A stretch of 64,000 nucleotides of DNA from Octopus bimaculoides. Its lineage: Eukaryota. Shown here in pieces: positions 26,286 to 39,419 of this stretch; position 1 is the stretch's first letter; the number at the start of each line of letters is the position of its first letter. Made by a program: the position numbers and the translations under genes. The DNA is taken from positions 54,856,228 through 54,920,227 of the forward strand of contig NC_068985.1 of the NCBI RefSeq assembly GCF_001194135.2, read 5' to 3'. The notes beneath the pieces are model-generated. The model saw only the letters and a program-made list of their open reading frames with translations. It searched no databases and had not been told where the DNA came from.

Positions 26286-26985
26286 CACAAATATACAATA
26301 TACTTATGATGCTAGATGCACACATGGCATCAGAAGTACATACACTAAAATAAATAAATAAATAAGCCTACCCGCCCAAGTGTCTTTCCTTATTGGTGTA
26401 GCCCCAGGTTAGTCTTGATTCATGAGAACTATTATGTAAGATGTTTGATCACTTATCAGTCGATATTTTTCCTACATAGGTACATAATGTTATCTCGAAC
26501 TATATTATCTCTTGAGAAAGTAGCATGTGGCTTGAAGGAAATTTTGCTATTAAATTTAACAGACCAAATGAACATGTAGAGGCTCCCTACATTGATTCAT
26601 ATATAAGAACAAACATATTGTACACAGTGCTTGTTGTAATAGGGTAAAAGAGGTGATGAAAAGCAGACATATAAATCAAGTACCGAAAGACAGCTACGAA
26701 GGTTACAAGTATGTACATAGTACACAAAATAAAACACAAGGAGATAGAAAAGTGAGCAGTAAAAGAGACATAAAGAGGGAATGATGCATACAAAAGTAGC
26801 AGAAGAGAGAAATGGTGAACTTCACAGATGAAATATAGAATTAAAATAATAGCATTATGTCAAATTGTACATTTATTCAACCAATTAGTACAGGTAGTGG
26901 TGATATATCATTGTGTTGTTGTCAGGAGGGAAAAGGAAGATGTAATGCTTTGAGCAAGTGTGTTGCAGATGAGAGACAAACTTAC

Positions 26986-27075
26986 TTGAATTGATTGCTG
27001 CTGTCGGAGATGTAATGTGTGTTGTTGCTGCTGTAACTCAGCTTGTCGCTCACACTCATAGCTATTGACTTGTTT
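26986..27075 (-). CDS. SIK3: SIK3 Gln-rich exon (KQVNSYECERQAELQQQQHTLHLRQQQSIQ)
   Basis: Acceptor tttcAG, donor GTaagt; 90 nt, symmetric phase 0/0. Confidence 0.82.
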
Positions 27076-27151
27076 CTGAAATAAACAAACAGATAAGACA
27101 ATCAAATACATGCACACATAAACACAAATATATGTAAGTGTACGTGTGCAC

Positions 27152-27190
<39 letters not shown>

Positions 27191-28169
27191 CACACACAAC
27201 GAGTATATAAGGATAAATTATCCAGTGGGGTACCATGAGCTCTCAGATATAGTCCAGGTTCCACATCAAATAGTAAGAAGCACCAAGGATTGCTTCTTTG
27301 CCGAATTATGAAATGCACACAATACAATATGTGTATCTCTCTGCTTACAATGTCATTTCAACATACACAGATTTAAATTCAATAATATACATTTAGTTAA
27401 ATCTCTCTCTCTCTCCCTCACACACATTCAATCATTCCACATCTGAAATTAAATAAGACTGGATTTAATACTGATTACCTTCTTTTATTTTTTTAATTTC
27501 CCAAAGTGTGAAACTGTAGAAATCCTAGATAGTTTCAAAATGTGATTGAAACCAGGTGTTAAATGTTAAACGTTTATAGAACAATGGTTACTGTATATTA
27601 AGCTATTTATCATACTGCAGTTGAAAGGATGTGCCTATAACAATTGAATCTCTTGAGAGAAGAAAATCAGAAAGTTTGTCAGAAGTTAGAACTATTACAG
27701 TTTCATTGAGGAAATACTTGAATAGAAAATGGTGCAGTTTTAAGGTGAATGATTGTTCTGAAAGAATGAGAATGAGAGGAGGCAAGTGGTACAAAGAAAT
27801 GTAAATAGGTGGCAGTAACATGAAACCATTAAGTTAAAATGTGTAGAAGCTGTTGTATTAAAAGGAAGAAGAGATGAACTGAAGTGGGAGAAAATATAAC
27901 AATCAGGTATTTTGGAAATTCAGATTGGTAATTTTAACAGAGGCCAACATTTCTTGAGGCAAATATGGATAAAAACAAAACATGACTTCACAACGGAAAT
28001 TTATATCTATAGCAAGAAATCTTGATATAAAATCAATTTTAAACAGTGGGGAACACTCGATATTAGATATCATAAGCACCAAATTAAGACATTAAAAGAT
28101 ACAAACCCTGTTTTTATCACATTGCAGAAAACATGAGTTTATTGTATACAGTGCTCAGGTGTGCACTAC

Positions 28170-28900
28170 AACTCATCAGAAAAGGATAAAAGAGGGGACA
28201 GAAAGTAGCTATAAGTCATATAAAGACAGACAGCAATGAGAACCAGAAGTACATGTATAGTACACAGAATAAAATATAAAAGGACAGAAAATTGAACAGT
28301 AAAAGAGCCACAAAGAGGAAAGGGTTCATAGATGGATATGTAAGGAGTGGTGTTGGTGAATTTCAAGAAGCAAAGAATTTTTGAAGGATGCAGTGTCATG
28401 ACAGCTAACCACTTATGTGGGTAATTTATTCCATGCTTTGACAATTCTGTGCATGTAAAAATATTTCCCGAAAGTCATGGGTACTGCACTGTTCTATTTT
28501 AATTTTGTTTTGTATTTTATAAGCATAACCAAGAGGGGTAGAGGTACTGAATTCAAAGAGGTGGCCAAAGTAGTTGGAAAGATTGTGGATAATCTTCTGG
28601 GCTTCTATCAAGTCAGCTACTAGATGTTAGAAAAAAAAAACGACTATGTATTTTGCTTGCTAGAGGACTGTGTCATTGTTACAATACAGTGCCTATCATT
28701 CCTATTCCTTAAACAAGGAACAAAAATGTTTTCCTGTTATTTTAACTACTGTTCTAAGCTATTTCTACAATCATCTTATTTGTTGTACTTGGTGTTAATT
28801 AGGTAGGTTATTTTACAAATGTCCAACACAGATAGCCATGTGTCTCACCTAGATTTGAAGATTGTAGTAAAAATGATCACCGTGTATATTCATACCCTCT
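28170..28900 (-). mobile_element. CR1-type LINE 3' fragment
   Basis: Minus strand gives DLIEAQKIIH...HDFR/YFYMHRIVKAWNKLP, resembling the CR1-group RT C-terminus. Its 3' UTR recurs at about 26640-26800 (-), 29090-29330 (+) and 34140-34255 (-). Confidence 0.6.
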
Positions 28901-29574
28901 GTCAGTCACTGAATATATTGCATATATTTTGAGCACATTGTTTCTCTGAGCACAGGCACACTAAAATATTGACATCTAGAAGTTGACTTGATAAAAGTCC
29001 ACATGATTATCCAACAACTGTGGCCAATTTTTTTTAATTCATAGGAAGGGCATCTCTGCTACTCATGGACATGTTCATAAAATCAAAAAAATATTGCAGC
29101 ACCCAAGAATTCTTCAAAAATTCCAGGATTCTCAAAATTCACCAACATCTGACAGCCTAGGCACCCTTTCCTCTTCATGGCTCTTTTACTGTTCACTTTT
29201 CTGTCTTCTTGTGTTTTGTTTGGTGTGCTATTCATAAACTTCTAGCTTTGATTGCTGTCTTTCTTTATTTGACTTCTTGCAACTTTCTGTTCCCTTTTTG
29301 TAACCTTTTCTGATGAGTTGCACACTATACAATAAGCTCATTATTATTTAATATGAAAAAATTATAAATGATTATAAATAATTTCTAAGAGTGTTGACAG
29401 AAATGGTTATCAAAGTAATCACCAATTTGAGAGAGAAAATACATGCAGGCAGACTGTTATAGTTTTTTTTTTCTGTCTGAGATTAATGTTTGTAATGTAT
29501 AACATTTACACTAAAACCTTGACCGTTAATCTATAATGAACAAAATTTGTGAATGGAACAAAGTAAATAGTCAC

Positions 29575-29768
29575 CTGTAAATCTTGACATTCTTGCTGTA
29601 GTTGCTTCAGACTGTTTTGTGCTTGAATTGGTGAACTACTCAGAGATACAGCAGCATTGTACAGTTTCTCCAAGTGGGATTGGCATTTGTTTGGACTGAC
29701 AAGAACATCACTGGCACGGCGCAAAGGAGAGTATCGTTCAGTGGGGAAGTGAGGGACAGGATCACATC
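29575..29768 (-). CDS. SIK3: SIK3 exon (GCDPVPHFPTERYSPLRRASD...SLKQLQQECQDLQ)
   Basis: Acceptor gtaaAG, donor GTgact; 194 nt, phase 1/0. Confidence 0.9.
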
Positions 29769-31072
29769 CTTTACAAGATAAAAACAAAAAGAAATGAAAT
29801 GAATTTAAAAGAAAAAATATTTTTTCGTGTTAGTATAATAGAAGGTAAATGAGGTGTTGTTATTGTTTACCTCAAATATGTTGAATCTTGATGACCTCTG
29901 ATGTCACAGGTCAATAACATAAACTATCTCTTTCCCTCTGGAAGGAACTGTATCTGAACAGCAGGATACAACATATAATGTAAATAAAATGAAGAAATCA
30001 GAAACTATGGTGTTGGTATGGATTAGACAGGTGGTTCTTATGACATAGAACTATTTCTCCCAGTCTGGTGACAACTCACCTGTTAGAACCAACTTTCTGA
30101 AATATAATCTTTCTGATAAAGCTTCCTCCACAATCTCAGTAGTTTCCTGCTCAGTAGATATCATCCTTTCACATTGCATGTCTCACATCACATGTCCATA
30201 CCACTACCCTGCACAATACATGTCTATATCACCCAACTCAATACCACATGTTTACATCACTCCACATTCATTGTACTACATGTTGATAATTTATCAAAAT
30301 TTATTTTTACTAACATTTTTGCTATCTTCTCTCTTTTTCCAAGAGGGGTAGCTATGTATCTCCTCTATGGCAACACATCTATTTCTTCCCCTCTATAGCT
30401 ACCTGACATAAAGCCACCTCCCTCCATACTACTTCTCATCCTTCAGTTGGGGGATCTTGTTTGTGAGTTACTTCATAGGAAGGGCATCCAGCTGCAGAAA
30501 CCATGCCAAACCAGAAATTGGGGCTTGGTGTAGTCCTCTGGCTCAACAGCTCCATTCAAACGATCCAACCCATGCCAAGTCGGAAAATGGACATTAAATA
30601 GTGATGATGATTACTTATTTCCATACATGCTTGTAAGGTTACAGAGTTCACTTAGTAACCATATGATTTCTAGTTCTATCTTACAGTGTGGCACTTTGGG
30701 CAAGTGTTTTCTACAATACCCTAAGAATGACCAATGGTTTGAGAGTGAAACTGTTACATGAAACTGTACAGAGTCCCAATGTGAGTGTGTGTGTGTGCGC
30801 GCGCATGCGTGTGTGTGAGAATATTTACACTCAATGTCTTAACATGACAGCCGTGAGCTACAAAACACTGATGCTATTTTCACATTGTCAGGTGCTATGT
30901 TCCATAAACAAGATATCACATATAAAGCATATTTGACAATTCAAAAATCTTCTTAGAGACCGTTATATACACACATGCTCCTCACATTTGCTATATGCAA
31001 TACATTTCTTAAAGAAATTAACCCGAGTTTAATACAATGTAAAAAAAAAAATGTTTTACAGTTAAAATCAAT

Positions 31073-31111
<39 letters not shown>

Positions 31112-31256
31112 TCAATCCAAGGGGCATAACTTCGGTAACCATAGAGAATGTTATCTCCCTTACACCACTAATTGCAAAATTCTTCACAAATTTTTACGAG
31201 TAGCTTTGAATTGCCTAAAAACCTTACTGGTTTGTAGCGTCTGATATAACACTTTT

Positions 31257-31639
31257 TATCTTTTACTTGTTTCAGTCATTGGATTGAGGCTAAGCTGGGA
31301 ACTGCCTTGAAGGGTTTAGTCGAACAAATCGACCTCAGTACATATTTTTTAAGCCAAGTACTTATACTATTGGTTTCTTTTTGCCAAACTGCTAAGTAAC
31401 AGAGACATAAACAAACACTGGTTGTCAGGTGGTGGTGGGGACAAACACAAAGACACACATGCATAGATATATATGGAGACACTTCAGGCTTCTTTCAATT
31501 TCTGTCTACGAAATCCACTCACAAGGCCTTGGTCGGCCTGGGAGTATGGTAGAAGACACTTGCCCAAGGTACCATGCAGTGGCACTGAACCAGGAATAAT
31601 TTGGTTTGGTAGTAAACTTATCACAAAGCCAGGCCTGCA
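31257..31639 (-). mobile_element. Family A SINE
   Basis: Full-length reverse complement of family A. Confidence 0.75.
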
Positions 31640-32719
31640 TGAATATATATGTGTGTGTGTGTGTGTATAAAAGGTTGATATTGTAGAGTATGTTTAAGAA
31701 TAACAAAAAGGCAATGGGGAGATTAAATGTTGAAAATAGAGTCAAACTTATTATAAAATTCATAATGACTGGGACTTTAAGTTTCACCTAATGGCTTATT
31801 TGTCCAGTTCAGTCAGATAAGCCATCAAACAAAACCTAGTCTCAATCAAGAGAAATTTTATAACACTAGATTACCTGTGACCCGTTGGGTCACTGACGGT
31901 TCAGGTTATAAAATATTGAAGCTGATTTCAACATTGCATTGAAATGGAAGTTAATTTTATGATGATTCAGTTAAATATTTCATTTTACAAGTTCATGTTT
32001 AAGGTTTTTTTTTGATTATTTACAGCATCTAATAGAAATAGAACATGTGGGATAAACTTGAACTCCAGTAACAGCATTTATTTATGGCATATGTGTACAC
32101 TTCTACAAAAATGCAAAAGGAATTGTTATATAATGTAAACATAAAATTAATGTAAACAATTTTCACAGTATTATATATTCCCATTTCAGGGTTATGTTAC
32201 TTTTGGAGTATTTTCCCATGATGCGCCGTTTTCGCTATTTATGAAAGTACCCCCCAAAAAACTGCATATCTTGGGAATCCGTGGTCTGATTTACATGAAA
32301 CTTGTTTTAATCCATTTGTATTCACATTTCAGGGATACCTTACTTTCAGAGTATTTTCCCATTATGCGCTGGTTTGGTTGTATTAAATTACAAACAAGCA
32401 CGCACCTAAGCGGATCCATCACAGAGTTTTAGTAGTATAGAGATAATACATACAATCTTTGTAGTTATGTTTCACCATGAGACCATTGGCTGACCCTCTC
32501 AAAGGGAACAAACTAAATATCTCAAAGCATTTTCTTCACTGTGAAGAGTAAGAGATTTACATATATCTCAGTTGAGTAAACTGAAAGGAAATAAAGAAAT
32601 GTACTCTTTTGATTAAGGACTTCCATCTACCATCTATATATACCATCAGAGTTGTCTGACACTTCAATAATTTAACTCTGATGGCTTAGTACTAATTATA
32701 GACCAAATTAGTGACCTAC

Positions 32720-32871
32720 CTGTAGTGGTTTCAGCCCGATGTAGGCTACTTCGTCGAATTGTCCTTGCAGAAGGCAAAGTCAGTTTCTTCTGGAGGTCAT
32801 CACGAATTTCTTGCACAGGGCTCGCCATGGCAACAGTATGGCGTTTACACATCCCACGACTATTCATGTAG
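32720..32871 (-). CDS. SIK3: SIK3 exon with KRHTV and RRSS motifs (SYMNSRGMCKRHTVAMASPVQEIRDDLQKKL...IRRSSLHRAETTT)
   Basis: Acceptor tttcAG, donor GTaggt; 152 nt, phase 2/1. Confidence 0.88.
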
Positions 32872-32959
32872 CTGAAATGAAATATACAACAGTAAAACAA
32901 GGAGGTTGAGGAGAATCACAGTGAAAACTAATATTGAAAACCTGAATAGATGTCTTCAT

Positions 32960-33250
32960 ATTCAACGTAAGGTCCACTACAATACCACTCCACTACAATA
33001 CCATCATGCCGCTTTTCTAAATTACCATTATATCATCTCTCTAAAATACCATCTTACCACTCCATACAATACCATCATACTACTCCACTGCAATGTCACC
33101 TTAACAAATGAATACCACTCAACACCACAAATCATGTTTTAGATGCTACCACTATGATGCCACACCATCAAATACCATCCTTATAATGTAACAAACCAAT
33201 GTTACACAATGGCACCATCTATGCTAACAATACCATCAGAGTAACATTTG
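32960..33250. repeat. Degenerate AATACCA(T/C)-based tandem repeat
   Basis: Recurring AATACCATC/TACCACT; fills most of intron 32872-33276. Confidence 0.65.
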
Positions 33251-33276
33251 CTTGTGATGTAGTAATTACAACTTAC

Positions 33277-33407
33277 CTGAGGACAGCTTCGTTATCAGGT
33301 TCTTGATCAGAATTACCTTCGTCAGCTCCCCCATTGCTGTCAACAACAGGATGAGACAGCAATGGTACAGGAAGTGAAAGAACAGCCGGAGATGTAGATG
33401 AGGGAGT
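33277..33407 (-). CDS. SIK3: SIK3 exon (TPSSTSPAVLSLPVPLLSHPVVDSNGGADEGNSDQEPDNEAVL)
   Basis: Acceptor tttcAG, donor GTaagt; 131 nt, phase 0/2. Confidence 0.88.
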
Positions 33408-36224
33408 CTGAAAGCAGAGAAAAGTTGATGTTAGCTGCAAACAACAACATTCAACAATAATTTGCACATGCTGGATAGGTCTGCAAATTAAGTCATTTGC
33501 AGAAAAAAAAACTGAATAAATACCTTTACATGTTTAACTTATTTACTCAAGAAGTCAGAGAGCAGACAGAGTAACAGGTAAAATAAAATGTAAAGGTGAA
33601 ATTATTTGTAGTGATAAGCCAGTAGTCAGAGAATGTCAAGAATTATAATAACTCAACAGTTCAGTTGCTATTAGTGGGAGTGTTCAATAAGCCATTAGGT
33701 TAAATATTAGAGACCTCAAACTGTTGACTGATATGTTGTTACCAGCACTTCTTTTAAACAGATGGTGGCAGTTTATGTTGACTGTTAGCTGATTGAGGAA
33801 CATTTTTGTTTGCTTACATGCCTGTTTTTTCCGTGTTAATATGGCTTGGATGAATGTTATTATTGAAGCATTAGTTTACAGTCACATGCTTTTCCTGTCA
33901 CAAACCATTACCTATTTTACTAGCAAAGGATCTCCTACCTCACAAGTCTTCACATGTGTAAAGCTAGTGAATGATTTATTAACAGGAGAAATGACAATAT
34001 CACTGCTTGTAGCTTGTGATATTTGTGGAGAAGTGCAAACATAAACAAACAAAGGCAGACACACATGTACATATGTATGTACATACATGTATATTTATAA
34101 TAATGAGTATAGTGTTCAAGTTCACTATAACTTATCAGAGAAAGTTAAAGAAGCGACAGAAAGCAACCAGAAAGAGACTAATGGAAGTTAGAAGTACATG
34201 CACAATACAGAAAATAACACAAAACGACAAAAGTGAACAGTAAAAGAGCCATGTACGACAGGCTTGTTTCAGGTTTCATCTACCAAGTCTACAAACAGCT
34301 TTGTGTGACCCAAGGCTATAATAGAAGATACTTGTACTGAATACTGTGCACTGAAACAGAACCTGAAACAACATGGTTCGGAAGTGGTATTCTTAACCAC
34401 ACAGCCATGCTTGCACCTATTAGAGATATATTTGGAATAAACATCTCACATACAAAATCATCAACACCTTAACTATTTCTTACTTGATAAACTTCTTTCA
34501 TTTAGAAATCAATTAAAGCATTATCTGGCGAAATCAGGCAAGATATATGAAACAAGTTTTAACCAAAAAATATTGAACATCATATCAGTAGGGTTTATAT
34601 TCTTAAGCCTTTAGCATTGAAATTACTGTCAAATGTAACACATATTTATTCATATTGTTTTGAATTAACCTTGCGTTACCTTGTAGCTTTGAAATTTCAG
34701 TGATGTGATCGTTTATGTTTTGAATGACAATGCCAGGAAGGTGTGAAAGGCTAGATACGGCCAGTTTTAATATGGAACAGGTAGAATATTCTGGATCAGT
34801 TATGGCTGGTTTAAATGCTAAAGGGTTAATCAATGATTGATTTTTAAAAGGAATTAAAAGCTGAACTTGAACCCCTGTTCTGTTAAAGGGCAACCCAAAT
34901 ACAGAGGAACTACAGCCAGAGACATTCTAGACATGGCCATTTCAACTTATTTTCAGACACTGTATTTAGGAGTACATTATGCAATATTTTCTTTCTTAAG
35001 ATGCTAGGCTGTGAATTTGCTACTGTTTATAGCAGAGCAAGCAACCACACACAGGGTCAGGTGCCCTTGTTGGCTATAAGGATCAAAGAGTACAAAATTG
35101 ATAGAGTGACAGACATAATTCCCCATGGTAGTTGTGTCCCCTATTAAATTATCAGTTAATATTCTACTGCGATTGATGCTTCTCATTCATCCTTTGTCAG
35201 GTCAATAAAATACAAATGTTAATTTGAAACAATTATTTGAAAGCAAGCTTAAGCACAACAGTGGAACATTTACTGATGGAGGGAGGCAGAAACTCAATGC
35301 TGGAAGCAGAGTCCAATTTAGTGTAAAGTTTGGGGACTTTACAATAAAATTAATTTTTTAAAAATCCATATCAATCAGAGTATTGGGATTTGATTAATCA
35401 TTTGTACCCACCACCAAATTTTCTCACCTTGTACTAATGTTTGAAATCAAGATGTAAAACTTTCCCCACTAATCATTCACAAGTAATCCAGTGTATACAG
35501 TGAGAAGGGGATGGTAAAGTCATTATGACATCTATTGAATATTTGAACAGACACAATAAATTCTTCAAAATCACTAACTCATCTTCCATGTATTTCTCTG
35601 TTACAACTACATTGGAATTACTTGGACCGCTGATCAACTTCAGAGTTAATCCCCACTTCCTCTCTGTCTGTCTGTCTGTCTCTCTCTATATATATATGCA
35701 TGTGTAGGTACAGGCATGGCTGTGTGGTTGAGAAGTTTGCTTTCAAACCATGTGGTTTTGGGTTCACTGTGTAGTACCTTGGGCCAGTGTCTACCACTAC
35801 AGCATTGGGCCAAACAAAGCTTTGAGAATGGATTTGGTAGTAGGAAACAGAAATCTTGTTTATGTGTGTGTGTATAACCTTGTTCCTTGTTTTACTGCCA
35901 CCTCAGATACTTTGGGGCCAAGGGACATAACTCTTGATAAATCCCTTGTCGTTAGTCTCTTGTAACTTTCATTTTTCTTCACAGCACCCACAAACTGGAT
36001 ATGACATTTTTTTACACCTCCATTAACCTAGAGCAGTTGCCATGTTTTTTTCATATATGCCACCTCTGAAGAGCATGTGGTGTTAGTTAATCACCCTGTT
36101 ATCTAATATCCAGTAAAAAAACTGATTGGTAAGATCAACTGAAATGGATCTGTAATACTCCATACTTTGATTAATATGTATGTGTGTGTCATTACCTTTT
36201 CATCACATGGTAGTTGTAAATGAG

Positions 36225-36464
36225 TGGAGGTGCAATGGCCCAGTGGTTAGGGCAGCGGACTCGCGGTCATAGGATCGTGGTTTCGATTCCCAGCCCGGGC
36301 GTTGTGAGTGTTTCACGCTGAATATCCTTGAGAACTACGTTAAGGGTACACGTGTCTGTGGAGTGCTCAGCCACTTGCATTTTAATTTCACGAGCAGGCT
36401 GTTCCGTTGATTGGATCAACTGGAACCCTCGACGTCGTAAGTGACGGAGTGCCAACACACACAC
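36225..36464 (+). mobile_element. tRNA-derived SINE, internally deleted copy
   Basis: A box TGGCCCAGTGG, B box GGTTTCGATTCC, (CA)n tail, 13-bp TSD AGTTGTAAATGAG at 36212-36224 and 36465-36477. Confidence 0.85.
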
Positions 36465-37065
36465 AGTTGTAAATGAGCATCACCGTCATACCAGCAGCGT
36501 CCATTTCCAATATGTGGAAACATGTCTGACCATGAGCAAATATCTTTCTTAAGAACATGTGAAGGTTGGTGACAGGAGGGTATCCAACAATAGAAAATCT
36601 GCTTCAATGAATTTTGTCTGACCCACACAAGTATTGTTAAGTGGAAGTTACCATGATTAGGGTACACCTTCTTTTGGCTTTATTAGAACTCACGATGTTT
36701 CTAGTTACATAGTTTCAATGTATTTAACAGTGGCTAAGTGGTTAAATATATTTTCCAAAAATTTATTTATGAAGAAGGGGAGTGAGTCCATGGTGATTAC
36801 AGTCACCCTGAGACTGTTGACATTGGTAAGATTGATGTTTAATGAGAATATCTGTAAGGTTGAAGACAATGGTCATTAGGGAATTTGAAGAGGAATTTGT
36901 ATTCTGGGGAGGAAGGATTGGATGAAAGTAGTTATTGTGGGATTTGTGGGTGCAAGACAGTAAGGGTGACAGGAAGAGGAGCAGTGGCTGTTGTAGCAAA
37001 GATAGAAGTAAAGACACTGTAGTATGTTAGTAGGGGGTCAGAAGTACTGTGTTCAATACCCGCCT

Positions 37066-37110
<45 letters not shown>

Positions 37111-37724
37111 CATATATATATATATAAATACAGAGACACCTGATAACAATTTAAATGTGTAACAATCAAAACAAAGATGAGAAATAAGATCAATAATCTG
37201 TAGAAGGTTCAGTTGTCATAGTTGAGTGGTAGACTTAATAAATCTCCCAGTCTAACACCATCATCTGACACCTTGGGTGCCTTTAACAAAGTCCACTGTA
37301 TTATAAGCATTCAGGCCAGACCTCTGCTTTGAAGATACTTTTACCCCTTCCCTCCTCACTAAAAAATAAGAATCAAAGAAATACAGAGAATTAACCGACT
37401 CTTTTGGTACTAATCTGTCTGGGCTTGCTCCTAGTACTATAATATTAACTTCCTGTTTGAAAGTAATAAGAAAATGAGATGACAAAGGAATAAACAATTA
37501 TCGTATGTATCTGATTGGCTTACAGCTGTTTCTGCTATAAGATGCAGTGGACTCATAGTTGTGATCTAAATTAAAACGTTTCATTAACATCTCAAGTTAA
37601 TTTACATTTCAAACACCAGCTCAATAATGACAAAGTTATTTCATACTAAACTCTTCCTTATTTCTTAACTTAATTGAAATAAAGCCTGTGTATTCCAACA
37701 GAAATATGATAATGAAAGTTTTAA

Positions 37725-37943
37725 CCCTTTCGTTACTGTATTTATTTTCAGATGATCTGTGTTTCTTTCAATTACTTTAAATATAACAAAGAATTTAGTA
37801 AAATAACTTAGTTATCATTCAGCTAGTGTTAGGAACATAAATTGTGACTAAGGTTTGTGGAAGATTTTAATTCAAAACTTATGAAAGCAAGACATTTGTA
37901 CTCAGAGCCAGAGCCAGTTTCAGCCAGGTTGGTAATGAAAGGG
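37725..37943. mobile_element. 219-bp TTAA-flanked MITE, second family (P2; relics at 37595-37720 inverted and 17085-17470)
   Basis: TTAA|CCCTTTCGTTAC ... GTAATGAAAGGG|TTAA. Confidence 0.7.
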
Positions 37944-38055
37944 TTAAAGACAGTTATGATTACATGAACGATGCTTATCTTAACACTTCGACTCAGCTAA
38001 CAACACATTTGTTCCACTCACAATAACTAATCAAAGGTTGAGATAATAAACGTAC

Positions 38056-38165
38056 TGTGCAAAGACCATCTTTACTGTTGAACTGTGATTGCTGTTGAAA
38101 ATATCGCTGGAAGCAGTGAATATTAGCACCACCATCAGATGCACGTCGACAGAAGTTGGAAGAAC
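38056..38165 (-). CDS. SIK3: SIK3 exon with RRASDGGANI motif
   Basis: Acceptor ttcaAG, donor GTacgt; 110 nt, phase 1/0. Confidence 0.88.
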
Positions 38166-38359
38166 CTTGAAAAAGAATCAATTACAAATCATTAATCAAC
38201 TGTTTAAACCAATAACTGAACTTTCAATGATTACTCAACGATAAACAACTAGAAAGGATTTCTTTTTAGAATAATAATATTCTCTAAAAGACTGCTGTTG
38301 CTGATGTTACTGATGACAATGTTAATGTGGCTAATGTTGCTGTTGTTGTTGATGTTATG

Positions 38360-38743
38360 TGGAGGCGCAATGGCCTAGTGGTTAGGGCAGCGGTCTCTCG
38401 GTCATAGGATCACGGTTTCGATTCCCAGACCGGGCGTTGTCTGTGTTTATTGAGCGAAAACACCTAAAGCTCCATGAGGCTCCGGCAGGGGATGGTGGCA
38501 AAGCCTGCTGTACTCTTTCACCACAACTTTCTCTCACTCTTACTTCCTGTTTCTGTTGTGCCTGTAATTCAAAGGGTCAGCCTTGTCACACTGTGTCACG
38601 CTGAATATCCCCGAGAACTACGTTAAGGGTACACGTGTCTGTGGAGTGCTCAGCCACTTGCACGTTAATTTCACGAGCAGGCTGTTCTGTTGATTGGATC
38701 AACTGGAAACCTCGACGTCGTGAGCGACGGAGTGCCAACAACA
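38360..38743 (+). mobile_element. tRNA-derived SINE, full-length copy of the same family
   Basis: Same head and 3' body as 36225-36464 plus about 150 nt of middle; TSD TGTTGATGTTA at 38347-38357 and 38744-38754. Confidence 0.85.
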
Positions 38744-39419
38744 TGTTGATGTTAATGCTACTATTGTGTTACATTCATGTTGTTGTTGATATTGTTAATG
38801 TTGCTGTTGCTGGTGGTATGAAAGCTATTCTTGATGCTTTTGATATTATTGTTGATGTTGATATTGTTGTTGATGCTGTACTTCTTGAAGATGTTACTGA
38901 TGCTGCTGTTGTAACTTAGTCCCAAAGAAACCAACAAATACAATAAGATGGCCTAAAGTTAGAGGCTACAGTTGTGTCTGCTGTCCAACAATGGACATTT
39001 CTAAGAAGTTCCTTTGTAATAAAGTAAACAAACAAGAACTCTTTGCCTCTTTATGTAACATCAAAGAATTAAAGAACAACTAAAGATCTTTAAAACATTG
39101 ATAAGATCTAACACAAATTTATTCATTAATTCACATAGTGATCTACCTGGTGTGTCTGTGTGTTTAGACACTGCAGTTGCATCACTGTGTAAACCAATGA
39201 AAGACCAAGTGGCAAAGTGTATGCTTGTCTCGTTGTGTGTGATAGTGAAGACTGCACTAAACAGAGTATTTCACTTACTTTCAATTACCACAAGAAATAC
39301 ATCTAAACTATTGTATTATTATATTATCATATATTGTGAAAGCCTTTAACCATTGTAACACAATTTCTATCCCAAACAAAAAAAAAATCTCAAGTATCAA
39401 AATTGTGTTTTAAGTATCA

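Noticed and set aside
31861-32445. Possible DNA transposon or Helentron (CACTAGA start, GTGACC/GGTCAC hairpin, internal duplication)
   Set aside because: No matching opposite terminus or TSD identified; too weak to call.
36225-38440. tRNA genes at 36225 and 38360
   Set aside because: A/B boxes are present but continue into a shared non-tRNA body with tails and TSDs, so they are SINE heads.
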